DNA from: Paraspadella gotoi
Taxonomy: Eukaryota > Animalia > Chaetognatha
Reading direction: 5' to 3'
DNA length: 64,000 bases
Assembly: GCA_051294375.1 (NCBI GenBank)
Contig: JBJCIZ010000035.1
Span: 1-64,000 of the forward strand
The notes below the pieces were generated by a model that did not search any database, had not been told where the DNA came from, and was given only the letters and a program-made list of their open reading frames with translations. Made by a program: the position numbers and the translations under genes. Positions 1 through 11,199 of this stretch are shown one piece after another; the stretch's first letter is position 1, and each line of letters opens with the position of its first letter.

Positions 1-46
1 ATTAATAAAATTATTATTTATTTAAATATATAAGCAAATAAGTTAT

Positions 47-865
47 AAACAAGTTTTGAAGCAAACAATGTGTGATCTGCCCACGATCATTATCGGTAAT
101 TTAATTAATTAATAAATAAATTATTCAAGTTAATTAATTTAATTAATAAATAAATATTTCAAGTTAATTAATTTATTAATTAGGCAATTAATTAATTAAT
201 TGATCCCACAATGTTTGTTTTTAGGTCTTTTCATCACTAACACGACAAAAGCATGACGACGATGAGAAATAATGCCGATAACGATTGACTTGATTGCATT
301 GACTTATTAATTAATTATTGATTAATTATTTGATTAATTAATACATCCTTGCATATACATTTAATATAAAAGGAAAAAGAGCATAATCAATTAATGAAAC
401 AGGTTTTTTTTCCATTTAAACTCATTTCCACTCAGGACAATTCCATCGAAACTTGATTTCCAGCTTTAAATCACACACTTTCCTACCCACATACAAATTC
501 AAGGTCAATCCTTCATCCACTCCATGAGCAATAGGTGTTCAAATATAGTGAAATATATTTTTTTGTTTTTTTCCATTTCAACTCATTTCCACTCGGATGA
601 TTCCATCGAACTTTATATCCACTCAATTCACACACTTCCCTACCCACACACAAAATTTCAATCAAATCCATCCATCCAATCATGAGTAATTTGTTTTTTT
701 TGCTAAGGTGGGACAGATGGAAAGACGGAAATCATTTTTTTTGCGTAATTTATCATAATTCGATGTTCTGACATGATATAAGTGTGTGCCCGACAATATT
801 GAGGGGGGCGGACCGACAGACCGACAAAGTGAATTATAGAGTCGGTTATCAGCAGATCCGACTAA
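47..865 (-). mobile_element. Non-autonomous Helentron/DINE-1-like element (HINE family A)
   Basis: Reverse complement of the family 5' hairpin (gtcggatctgct..agcagatcccgac) at about 840-865 and of the 3' end (gcagatccgacattgtttgctcaaacttgtt) at about 47-82; interior shared with the copies at 11.2k and 30.8k. Confidence 0.75.
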
Positions 866-920
866 TAAGTAAATTAATAAAATTAATACTGATTTAAATA
901 CAAGCAACATTAAACTTTAA

Positions 921-1092
921 AGGGTCGGAGCTGGGAGCTGGAGGTGGAGCTGTATCAAAATTTTTTTTGGAGCTGAAGTTGGAGCTGGAAAAAAATATAG
1001 GGTGGAGCCGGATTTGGAGCTGAGGCTTAAAAATTTTTTTGGCTGGAGTTGGAGCGGGAGCTGGAGAAAAAATGGCCAGGTCCACAACCCTG
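921..1092 (-). mobile_element. hAT-like MITE fragment with (GGAGCT)n subterminal repeats
   Basis: GGAGCT/GGAGCC hexamers ending in ccacaaccctg (reverse complement CAGGGTTGTGG, a hAT-type terminus); second terminus not found. Confidence 0.45.
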
Positions 1093-1099
1093 CCACCAA

Positions 1100-1185
1100 G
1101 TCAATGTGAACGAGGACAGGTTGAAGGCAAGGACAGATTGAGTGTGTTTTGAAAAGAAGTAAAAATGGTCAAACAGAGAGAGAGG
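1100..1185 (-). mobile_element. Fragment of the hammerhead-carrying element (ribozyme part absent)
   Basis: Reverse complement acttcttttcaaaacacactcaatctgtccttgccttcaacctgtcctc matches 57868-57918 and 34802-34851. Confidence 0.6.
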
Positions 1186-3482
1186 TAATATGACACGTAT
1201 GAACCTTAGATCGATTTAATTAACAGAAAAAACGCATTCGGGAAACTACTTAAAACCATCAGGGGAGATCTTCGTACATGCCCTAGAGCAGTTTTTAATT
1301 TTTTTTCAAAGTTCGTTTTTGAGAAAATTTAATTGAAAAAAAAAAAATTTTTGACGAAAATTTATTTAACAAAAATTCAGGTACAACTGTATTTAAGGCA
1401 AATAAGTAAAATTATGTATTCATCCTGATGCATTTTTCAAGACCTTTCAGATGAACCCATTCCCATCATTTTAAGATAATTCATTCACGAGATAATACAA
1501 TAATATAGAATTATAGTATTAAGTATCTACTCCTGTTGGTAAAACATAAAATTAAATAGTTAAAAGCTTTTTTGTAATTAAACTAAATAAGGACAAATGA
1601 GAAAAACTAAAAAAAAATGTAAATATCTTTACCTTTATTAATGATTACATCTGTATTTGAAGCAAGTAAGTAAAATTTTAATTAAATTTGGGTGTATGAA
1701 GCTGAAAATTTATATACAGCTTCTCATCATCGATGTGCTGAAAATTGAGTCTGGACAGTTATTAAATATGTTTTGTTTACGTTTTATCAAAACAAACAAA
1801 TTTTCTCTTTTTTATTTTTATATTTCTTTCTCTCTCTCTTTTCTCTTCTAATTACATGTCTCTTTCCCTCTCTCTTTTCCCGAGTCACTGATTCATAGGG
1901 AAAAAAACGAGTCTGCAGCAGGCTCTGCAGGGGCTTATTCTTTTTCTCTCTTTTCTCCTGATGCTTTTGCTGCTGCCTTTAGATTTCTTTCTCTACAGCT
2001 GGCTCTGCATGGGCTTATTCTTTTTCTAGGAGTCGACGTTGTTCTTAGAAATCGAAGGTTTTTTCAATGGAGATTTTTGTTAAAATCTGACTACCCAACA
2101 ATGTAATCGCCCCTAGGAATAATTCTGGTAAAAAATAGATGTAAAAACACTCAATTCCAATCATGTTGCATCTGAAGGGCTCGCATTTTTTTTCTCTTGT
2201 CAAATATCCATCATTTTGACATCAAACTATCAAATTCAAATGGACTGGTCCACTCAGGAAAATATTTTTGACGAGATTTTTATATATAAAATAAAGGGAT
2301 TTCTCAACTTCAATACAATGTAAATGCATTTAAGGTATGTTATTATTTTGCAATAAACCTCAAATTCAAGAATCCAATAGCCATATGTAGAGAAAACATC
2401 GTCTTTTTTCCTGGTGGCTTGATTTCGATAAATTTGGTACCGATCGACGTGGAATTACTTCTAGTTTACTGAAACAAAATTCATTAAAATCCGTCACCAG
2501 CGTTCAAAAGTTATGGGCAAAAAACAAAGAAAAATAGCGCCTTCCGAGGATCAACTTTCGGCGCTCAACGAGCGAAAAAGTGGTTAACATAAGATTTGAA
2601 CTACGTAGTACTAATCATTAGTCCGACCGAATCGACGGTAAAGCCGAAATCCTCGTTTCCGGGCCCAATAGAAATAAATGGAAAATTACGGAGCTGACTA
2701 CGGAAAGAAAATATTGATATATTGATATATTATAGGAAACGAATTTATAAGAGAATGAGAAAATAATAATTACCGAATGGATGATAATTTATTTTATTAT
2801 AAGTCCGTTAGTCCAAATTAATTGGGCTCACCATTAAAAGAGACTGAGGCGACTTACCACCGGACTCTCTCTCTAAACGCTTCCGTGTGGATTGACCGGC
2901 TCGAAGAAAGAGGAGAGAGGATATGTATTAGCCATTAGCCATTAGGACCATTTCTCGCCGCTTTTCAAGTCGCTGGCATGAGGTTTCTTTTAATCAAAAT
3001 TATTCGTGAAGAATCAAATTTAGGAAACGAATTTTGCACTGTAGAAAATGTTTATTATTTTCTATGACTCAAGAGTCTCACGTTCGATGCGTCGGCCGTA
3101 GGATGAACAGGCTTTATATAATTTAACATGAAGCAAGGATTTCTAAATCTTAAATAATGTAAATGTTAAATAACTGACGAATAAATCGTGAATAAGTTTT
3201 TTATAAAAAATAAATGAATAGCGAAATAAATATTGTACAATAAATTTGTTTTGAAAATCCGGTTTCATATGGCTGATAAACGATTATGATCAAGAAGTCA
3301 AGAGAAAGACTGTAAAGAGACTGTAAAAAGACTGGTTTGAAAAGGTCAACTGAAATGACCGAAAAAAATGACCAAAAAAATGACCCAAGGTCCCAAAATC
3401 TTTCAATTATTTATAATTATTTCTCTTTTTAAAGGCAGAAAAATCAGAAAACTTTGTTTATAAATAACATATTTATTTAAAA

Positions 3483-3523
3483 ACGGACATGTTTTGGCTC
3501 TAATTGTGAGACTTCATCAGCGC
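3483..3523 (-). ncRNA. Degenerate minimal hammerhead ribozyme motif (GAAA changed to AAAA)
   Basis: Minus strand reads gcg-CTGATGA-a-gtctc-acaatta-gagcc-AAAAC-ATGTC-cgt; lies in a copy of the hammerhead element extending to about 3680. Confidence 0.55.
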
Positions 3524-4299
3524 GAAACACGTAGATTGTAATAAAAAAAAATTATAGAGAGAGAGAGAGAGATAGAGAGAGAGATAAAAAAAAAGAAGTA
3601 AAGTTTCAAACAAAGAATTTTAAAAAGAAGAGATGAGGACAGCTGAAGATAAGATCAGATAGGAATGGAAGAACAACGTTGCACCAAATTTTATATCTCC
3701 AAGAGGCATAATGCATGACGAACATATTTATATTGGTGTACCAATTTCATAAGATGAAAGGCTTTTTTTACAATATTTTCCGAGATGTTAGCTACTGTAA
3801 TGCTTCTATATCTAAAATCTAAATGTTTAAATCAATTTAAAAACATTTTTTCAGAAAGATCCGCTGGGAAATAACAAAGGAAAAAATCATATTAATTTAA
3901 ATCGTTTAAATTATTTCGTTCAATTGTTATGGTAATTATTTTATAAAATGTTAGTTACGTCTAAAATTTACATCCCCGCTGGAATCCAGCGGTGCTCCGA
4001 CCCCTATTTCAAGCTTTACATCACTATCCAAATTAAAGTTTAATTTAAACCTATTTAATTTTTGGCTTATTTTTACATTCGCCTACTGGGATTTTGCGGT
4101 CGGTTATTTTGTTTCGCTTCTTATGAGCGACATATATAGAAATCCCTAATATCCTTATAAATTTGTAAAATTTCAAAATGATTTTTTAAAAATTGTAATA
4201 ACAGATTCGGATTCGTTAGAAAAAAATAAGAAACTTTTGTAAAATATGTTTCATAATATTTTAATATTAAAGTTGCGAAAAATTACAAAAACAGTATCA

Positions 4300-4760
4300 T
4301 ATAATAGTTTCTACTACAGAGAAAAAAGTAAAGAATTTTGACTTTTTTAAAATTTAACACTGTCGCAGACGTATTTGCGGAGAACTTGACAGACGTCGTC
4401 CTTGAGCTGATGATTTTGGTAAACGGATTCCCTCTCCGCCGCCGAGACCTCATGTACGCCAAGTCTATCCTGCTGCGGATCGGGGGCGGGATCCTCGATA
4501 GGAAGGGTAACGGAGGTAGGAATTTTTCCGTGGTCGGATGCGGGACGCCGGCCGGGCGAGAGTTCGTAGTGATAGTCGGTCTTGGGAAGGCGATCGTGGT
4601 GGCGGCGACGGCAAGGAGCAAGCCCGATCATCGAGCGTTGCCCATAAAGTATCCTCGGTGGGAGAACCAAGATAGCGACGGAGGTAATACGACGGAGATA
4701 ACGCCGAGAGTCAGAGCAAATTCTAAATTTAAACAGACAGTTAATCAATACTACTACTAA
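4300..4760 (-). pseudogene. Decayed copy of a GC-rich exon-like segment (paralogous to 52445-53250)
   Basis: Clear nucleotide similarity to 52445-53250; shared peptides AAATT(I)AFPRPT and PFLSRIPPPIR; frameshifts and deletions. Confidence 0.45.
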
Positions 4761-5679
4761 TTAATAAAAGTAATCACTATGCAACACAAACAGTTACAAT
4801 CACAAAATTAAATACGCAAGAAATACGGGAGACGACGGAGATGTATATATTATAAGTAGAGCCAAACTTTGTCAATGGGGTGGGTCAGAAGTTTGATTTG
4901 GGAACCTTTTCAAATGAAACTTTATACATTTCTGAGAAAACTTTCAATGGACCAAAATTTTCTAAAATTGCTAGAAGCATTAGTAATTAATTTTTAATAT
5001 TTATTTATAGATAGGAAATGTCAAAAAAATTTTTTGAATTTTGTATTTTTAAAAAGCAGATTAAAATAGCTCATGAAAAGTTATCTACACAAAGTATAAT
5101 TCTTTTTTCAATATTTTGATGATAATTATATTTAGGAAAAACTTTAAAAAATTATTTAACTGATTTTAGCAGTTTTTACTAATTTTTAATAATAAAACAT
5201 TAAAATTTTTAAAAAGTTGTAATTATATTTTTTGCTTAACTTTGTAAGCTCTATCAGAATCAATTAAAAAAACTAAAATATCCCAAAAATTTTTTTGACA
5301 TTATATAGCAATATAATAATATTAATTAGCAAATTACTCATGGTTCGGAACATTTTTGCAAAAAAATATATTTAACACAATAATATATACCAATAATGGA
5401 TTAGTTTAATGCTGTTCCCATTAAAATTTGAATTCTGTCGGCTACCGCTGTTAAGGCACATACTAAAAGTAAACAAAGTAAGAAAACCAAATATAAAAAG
5501 TCAATAAATAGTATTAAATACGAGTCCCATGAATCGCAGATGAACGGAGGCAGACGATCATGATGGAAAAAGTGTCGCGGTTTTGAAAAGTTGGTTAATT
5601 TCATGGCGATGGAGGGGCGCCGAAAAAAGATATTACGACGGAGACGCGCTGAAAATGCAGGAAAACTTGCCCCTTACTG

Positions 5680-6012
5680 TAATTTATCTTTAACCCTAAT
5701 TTACCCTTAACCCTAATTTACCCCAAACCCTAATTTACCCTCTACCGCTAATTTACCCTCAACCCTAATTTACCCCAAACCCTAATTTACCCTCAACCCT
5801 AATTTACCCTCAACCCTAATTACCCTCAACCCTAATTTACCCTCAACCCTAATTTACCCTCAACCCTAATTTACCCTCAACCCTAATTTACCCTCAACCC
5901 TAATTTACCCCTAATTTACTCTTAACCCTCATTTACCCCTATCCCTAACTTGTCATTAACCTAACTTACCATTAACCCTAATTTACCATTAACCCTAACT
6001 TACCATTAACCT
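5680..6012. repeat. Telomere-like 17-bp minisatellite (AACCCTAATTTACCCTC)n
   Basis: Direct tandem copies each containing CCCTAA, degenerate at both edges. Confidence 0.9.
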
Positions 6013-7376
6013 ATCTTTCTTTTAATTTACATTTAATCTTAATTTTGTTTTAAATTTTTTTTTTTGCACAAACTGTAGATTAAATTCACAACAAAAATAA
6101 CGCTGATGAAGACTCGAATTATAATCGTCGTCGTCGTCGCTAGAGACAGTGGAGACTTCATCTTGTCGGCCCGCGAAGTCGAGGCGAAAGAACGGCGCCT
6201 CGAGAAACGATCTCGAATGGGCCGTCATAGATTCGCGATGGCCGTCGCGGCGGACGAGCGCAAAGCGGCAACTTTGGAGTCCGCTCGGGTCTTTTGAGGA
6301 TGATCCGATTGAGACAGCGTATTTGTATTATTGAAGCCTGTTAACTTTTGGGCAAATAGTTGATGGTTCTCGAAAACTATATCGACTGTTTTTAACTTAG
6401 TCGTGACTCCCGATCAAAACGCCGCAGTTTTACGAAACATCCAAATTTTCTAAAAATAATAATAAAAGTAGCTATTTAACGTAAAATCTATCTATTCATT
6501 ATAATTTTCTGAAAAAAAAGGAAAAAATCGGGCGGGAATAATGTTAATAAACACGAAAATCAACAACACCTCTGATTCGTGAACCGCGGGCTGTCTCGAA
6601 GTGCCATGGCTCTCGGTTTGGTTCTGCGCGTAACGTAAGTTATGCGCGTTCAGGGCCGTGTAAAGAGTCCCAGAGCAGACAAAAGTCAAGGATTTCCTCA
6701 AATTTCATATTAAAAACGCGTAAATTTTTTGAGTGCTCCACCCACAAACATAAGACGACGCAGAAATTGATCTCTCAGTCAGTTTAAAAGAACTAATTAA
6801 GACTGGCGACACGCGGGAATTAATGCCCGAAAAAACTAGTTAAAAGGATTGTTAAATTAAACAAGCAAGCTTGGTAAAATTTTAAAAAAAATTACTTCGC
6901 CTGTTTTAGACAAATCAAGAATCTATCTGACTGTGTAACCATATGTATATATTTAGTCTAGTCTTGGAGAACGAGTAAGTTCAAGTTACAAAAGCGAAAA
7001 CGCCGTAAAAACCAGTCCACTTTGGGTCCTATCGTACCATATCAGGTATACGACGAATTTTCGAGTGCTCCACCGACACGGGCTTCCCTAAGACGCCCCG
7101 CTTTCGAAATCTAACATTTTTATAATATGTAATTCGGTCTTCTGGCGGAAATTAAGAGGTGACCAAAAAAAAGCGTGAAAACCCGGAATCCTGATCCCCC
7201 CTCGCCCGAAACGGAATGTTTTTTCTACCATATGTCTGAAGGGCTCTCAAAATTTTTTCTTTATATTTTATTTTAATATGATACGATCATGGTAAAGTGA
7301 ATTAGTCCATTCTGGTGAAATTTTATTAAAGTAAAAGTAAAAGAGGAGCTAAGATCGGAATTCTAAGAGTTTTTAA

Positions 7377-9183
7377 GGCCAGGGATCACTCGACCTAAAA
7401 TTGTAGAAATCTTAATTTACTGTATCTTAATCATTTTCTTAACATCTTGTAAGAGGTTTTCTATTAAAAAATAATCAAAAACTTTTAAAAATCTACCTAA
7501 AATGTTTATAAAAATTCAAACAATTTTTTTCTTCAGTAAAACTAGATTTTCAAAACAAAAATATTTTTTTAAATGTAAGCTAAATTTCTACAACCAAATT
7601 TTTAATTTAAAACTGATTCTTTACAATAAGCTCAATTTGTACTTCTTATATTTAATTCTTCCTTTGGTACAAGTACATACTTGGAGTTGTATCACTAATA
7701 AGTCTAAAACAAACTACTCTACACATTTTTCAGATGGGTTTTTATGCTTTTATGAGTTTTACGAGTTAAAAAACTTATCGAATTTATTTCAATTTGACTT
7801 TTTACTTTATGTAAATATTTATATCATAAAATAGTTGCCCTATTTTCTAGGGAATCTCTGAAAAAAAAAAATCAAATCTGAATTTAAAAAAATTAAAAAC
7901 AGTAAGCCATTTTTTTAAGACATCGGCGTTGAACAAACTCCATCATCACATCCCGTGCTTGTGTATGTTGTGTGAATCTTGCAAAAGTAATGAGTACAGA
8001 ATTTAACTTTCTTGACGAAGTGAAGTTAAAAACGAAGAGTTGCAGCTCAAACCCAGGATTCTTCTTGAAGAAAAAAATATCTTGGGCAAGCAAAGGAAAG
8101 GTGGGGGAGATTCTATGAGCGCATTTTTGGAAAAATGTTTTTTCGTTTCAAAGATATCAAGGAATTTATCCCAAAAATTAACTAAAATAATCAAATTTTC
8201 TATGAAGGAAGCAAATTTTGAAAGTATCTTTTCATAGAATTGGAGTTTGAGAAACCGCCTTACCGTTTGGGCTGCAACTCTTCAAATAGGTTTCTTTATT
8301 TTATATAGTATAAAAAAAAATCGAAAAAACGATAACGCCTTTGAAAAGATAGTAAAGTGAATACATTTTCGGAATTGCCAGGAGCTCTCCTTTCGAAATC
8401 CGAGCTCGGTTTTAGCCTAATTATAATTTAGGAGTTTACGTCGTTTCTTAGAAATCGAGGAAGACTTTTTCAATGGAGATTTTTGTTAAAATCTGACTAC
8501 CAAATAATGTCAACAGCCCCTGGGAAAAATTCAGGTAAAAAATATATGTAAAAACACTCGATTCCGATTCCTGTTAACATCTCAAGGGCTCGCATTTTTT
8601 TTTCTCTTGACAAATAACCATCATTATTGACATCAAAGCTACTCAGATTCAAATGGACTGGTCCGCTCGGGGAAAATATTTTTGACGCAATTTTTATATA
8701 TATAAATAAAGGGATTTCTCAACTTCAATACATGTCAACCGCATTTAAGCATATGTTGTATTTTACAATAAACTTTAAATTCAGGAATCCGATAGCAATA
8801 TGTCTGAAGGCTCTCAAAATTTTTCTTCACATTTTATTGGTTATTTTAATATGATACGATCATGGGAAGTGAATTAGTCCATTTTGGTGAAATTTTTATT
8901 TAAAGTAAAAGTAAAAGAGGAGCTAACTATCGGAATTCTAAGAGTTTTCAACCGGGAGTCAGATTCGGAAAAAATCTTATATGGCGAAAATCTTCCAAAG
9001 AAGGGGTGATTTTCCGAAGATTTTGGTTAATATTTTTATATTTATGGTCGGATTTTTTTGAAACTTAAAAATAGCAATATTGCCATCATTCTACATTGGC
9101 CGGTCAAAGAATATATTAAAAAAACCTCTGACTTTTTCGTCAGAGCTTAGTCCTATATAATTTGAATTGAGTGATCCCGGACC
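7377..9183. mobile_element. Kolobok-like non-autonomous element
   Basis: TIR ggccagggatcactcga / ttgagtgatcccggacc (14/17 match), GG...CC ends, TTAA on both sides (7373-7376, 9184-9187). Confidence 0.7.
8429..9155 (+). mobile_element. Intact ~727-bp copy of the TAGG...CCTA TIR family
   Basis: TAGGAGT...AGTCCTA ends; 7-bp TSD TATAATT (8422-8428, 9156-9162). Confidence 0.85.
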
Positions 9184-9584
9184 TTAACCGGGAGTCAGAT
9201 TCGGAAAAATCTTCTATAGCAAAAATCTTCCAAAGAAGGGGTGGATTTTCTGAAGATTTGGTTAATATTTTCTATATTTATGGTCGAATTTTTTTGAAAC
9301 TTAACAATAGCAATATTTCTTTCATTCTACATTGGCCGGTAAAAGAATATATTAAAAAAACTTTTTAAGTCAGAGCTTACTCCTACTTTTTCTCTTTTTT
9401 CTCCTGCTGCTTCTGCTGCTGCCTTATAATTTTTTTCTTTCTCTCTCTCTCTCTGTGATTAATTTTTTCCCTCTAAAAACTTTTATTATCGCCATTTATT
9501 CCCAAATTTACATCCGAGATTTTCGTGGATTTTTTTCTAAATATCAATAAGAATAATATTTTTTTTCAATATATATTTACTTTA

Positions 9585-9635
9585 TTATTTTATTTTACTT
9601 TACTTTATTTTACTTTACTTTACTTTACTTCACTT
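9585..9635. repeat. (TTTAC)n microsatellite
   Basis: Direct pentamer repeats. Confidence 0.8.
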
Positions 9636-9698
9636 CGTCAGTCTGATTCAAGTTTCACTTTGTCTTTTGTCTGGGAATGTTGACATTGTTTAGAGAGG

Positions 9699-10767
9699 TA
9701 GGAGTCTACGTCGTTCTTAGAAATCGAGGAAGACTTTTTCAATGGAGATTTTCGTTAAAATCTGACTACCAAATAATGTCAACGCCCCTGGGAAAAATTC
9801 AGGTAAAAAATAGATGTAAAAACAGTCGATTCCGATCCTGTTACATCTGAAGGGCTCGCATTTTTTTCTCTTGACAAATAACCATCATTTTGACATCGAA
9901 CCATTCGATTCAAATGGATTGGTCCGCTCGGGAAAATATTTTTGACACAATTTTTATATATAAAATAAAGGGATTTCTCAACTTCAATACAATGTCAACG
10001 CATTTAAGGTATGTTGTCATTTTACAATAAACTTCGCATTCAGGTAGGAGTACGTCGTTCTTAGAAATCGAGGAAGACTTTTTCAATGGAGATTTTTATT
10101 AAAATCTGACTACCAAATAATGTCAACGCCCCTGGGAAAAATTCAGGTAAAAATCAGATGTAGAAACACTCGATTCCGATCCTGTTACATCTCAAGGGCT
10201 CGCATTTTTTTTCTCTTGACAATTAACCATCATTTTGACATCAAACCATCAGATTCAAATAGACTGGTCAGCTCGGGAAAATATTTTTGACGCAATTTTT
10301 ATATATAAAATAAAGGGATTTCTCAACTTCAATACAATGTCAACGCATTTAAGGTATGTTGTCATTTTACAATAAACTTTAAATTCAGAAATCCGATAGC
10401 AATATGTCTGAAGGGCTCTCAAAATTTTTTCTTCACATTTTATTTGGTTATTTTAATATGATACGATCATGGTAAAGTGAATTAGTCCATTTTGGTGAAA
10501 TTTTTATTTAAAGTAAAAGTAAAAGAGGAGCTAACTATCGGAATTCTAAGAGTTTTCAACCGGGAGTCAGATTCGGAAAAAATCTTATATGGCGAAAATC
10601 TTCCAAAGAAGGGGTTGATTTTCCGAAAGATTTTGGTTAATATTTTTTATATTTATGGTCGGATTTTTTTGAAACTTAAAAATAGCAATATTGCCATCAT
10701 TCTACATTGGCCGGTCAAAGAATATATTAAAAAAACCTCTGACTTTTTTCGTCAGAGCTTAGTCCTA
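9699..10767 (+). mobile_element. TAGG...CCTA TIR family copy with a duplicated 5' ~346 bp
   Basis: Two 5' ends (9699, 10045) and one 3' end (10767); flanks AGAGAGG / AGAGAAG (6/7 TSD match). Confidence 0.8.
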
Positions 10768-11199
10768 AGAGAAGTCGCATTCGATCAAACTGCTCGCTTA
10801 TGCGGGCTAAAAGTAAAACAAAAGTACCTTCAATAATGTTTCTCCAGACTTAGCACTTGCTAAAATTAAACTCAAAAATAAGTTATTTTTTTGTTTTATA
10901 TTTATTATTCTTTTTTTTCTTTTTCTTTCTTTATAAATTAATTTTCTTTTCTCAAATTTGATTTTTTTAGTATCAAAATTTGTTGTCAATCCAGATTTTC
11001 TTATGCGATTGCGACGATCCTTATGCTTTTAAGATTTTTATCAATAGGGATATCCCTTTGAAATCAGGATCAAAACTGATAATCAATGATGTGTCCCAAT
11101 CTTTTCTTAAACGTGAAACCTTGAAGTAAGGTATGCGGAAACGCTGTTTGTGCTAAGAATTCTTTATTTTCAAAATTCAATTTGTATTTATAATTTTTT

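Larger units (their letters stand above)
2388..7227. mobile_element. 4.84-kb TIR element (TAGAGAAAACAT...ATGTTTTTTCTA), no transposase ORF
   Basis: 12-bp TIR with 1 mismatch; perfect 7-bp TSD CCATATG at 2381-2387 and 7228-7234; host element resumes exactly after it. Confidence 0.8.
2027..9385 (+). mobile_element. Non-autonomous TIR DNA transposon (TAGGAGT...ACTCCTA family), split by nested insertions
   Basis: Perfect 7-bp TSD CTTTTTC at 2020-2026 and 9386-9392; pieces 2027-2387, 7228-7376 and 9184-9385 reassemble into the intact copy seen at 8429-9155. Confidence 0.85.

Noticed and set aside
5680-6012. True telomere or chromosome end
   Set aside because: 17-bp unit rather than a simple telomeric repeat, and it is internal to a TSD-bounded element
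11048-11125. Possible upstream SLC30A9 exon (ag|..DIPLKSGSKLIINDVSQSFLKRETL|gtaag)
   Set aside because: No recognisable ZnT9 similarity; splice signals alone are not enough
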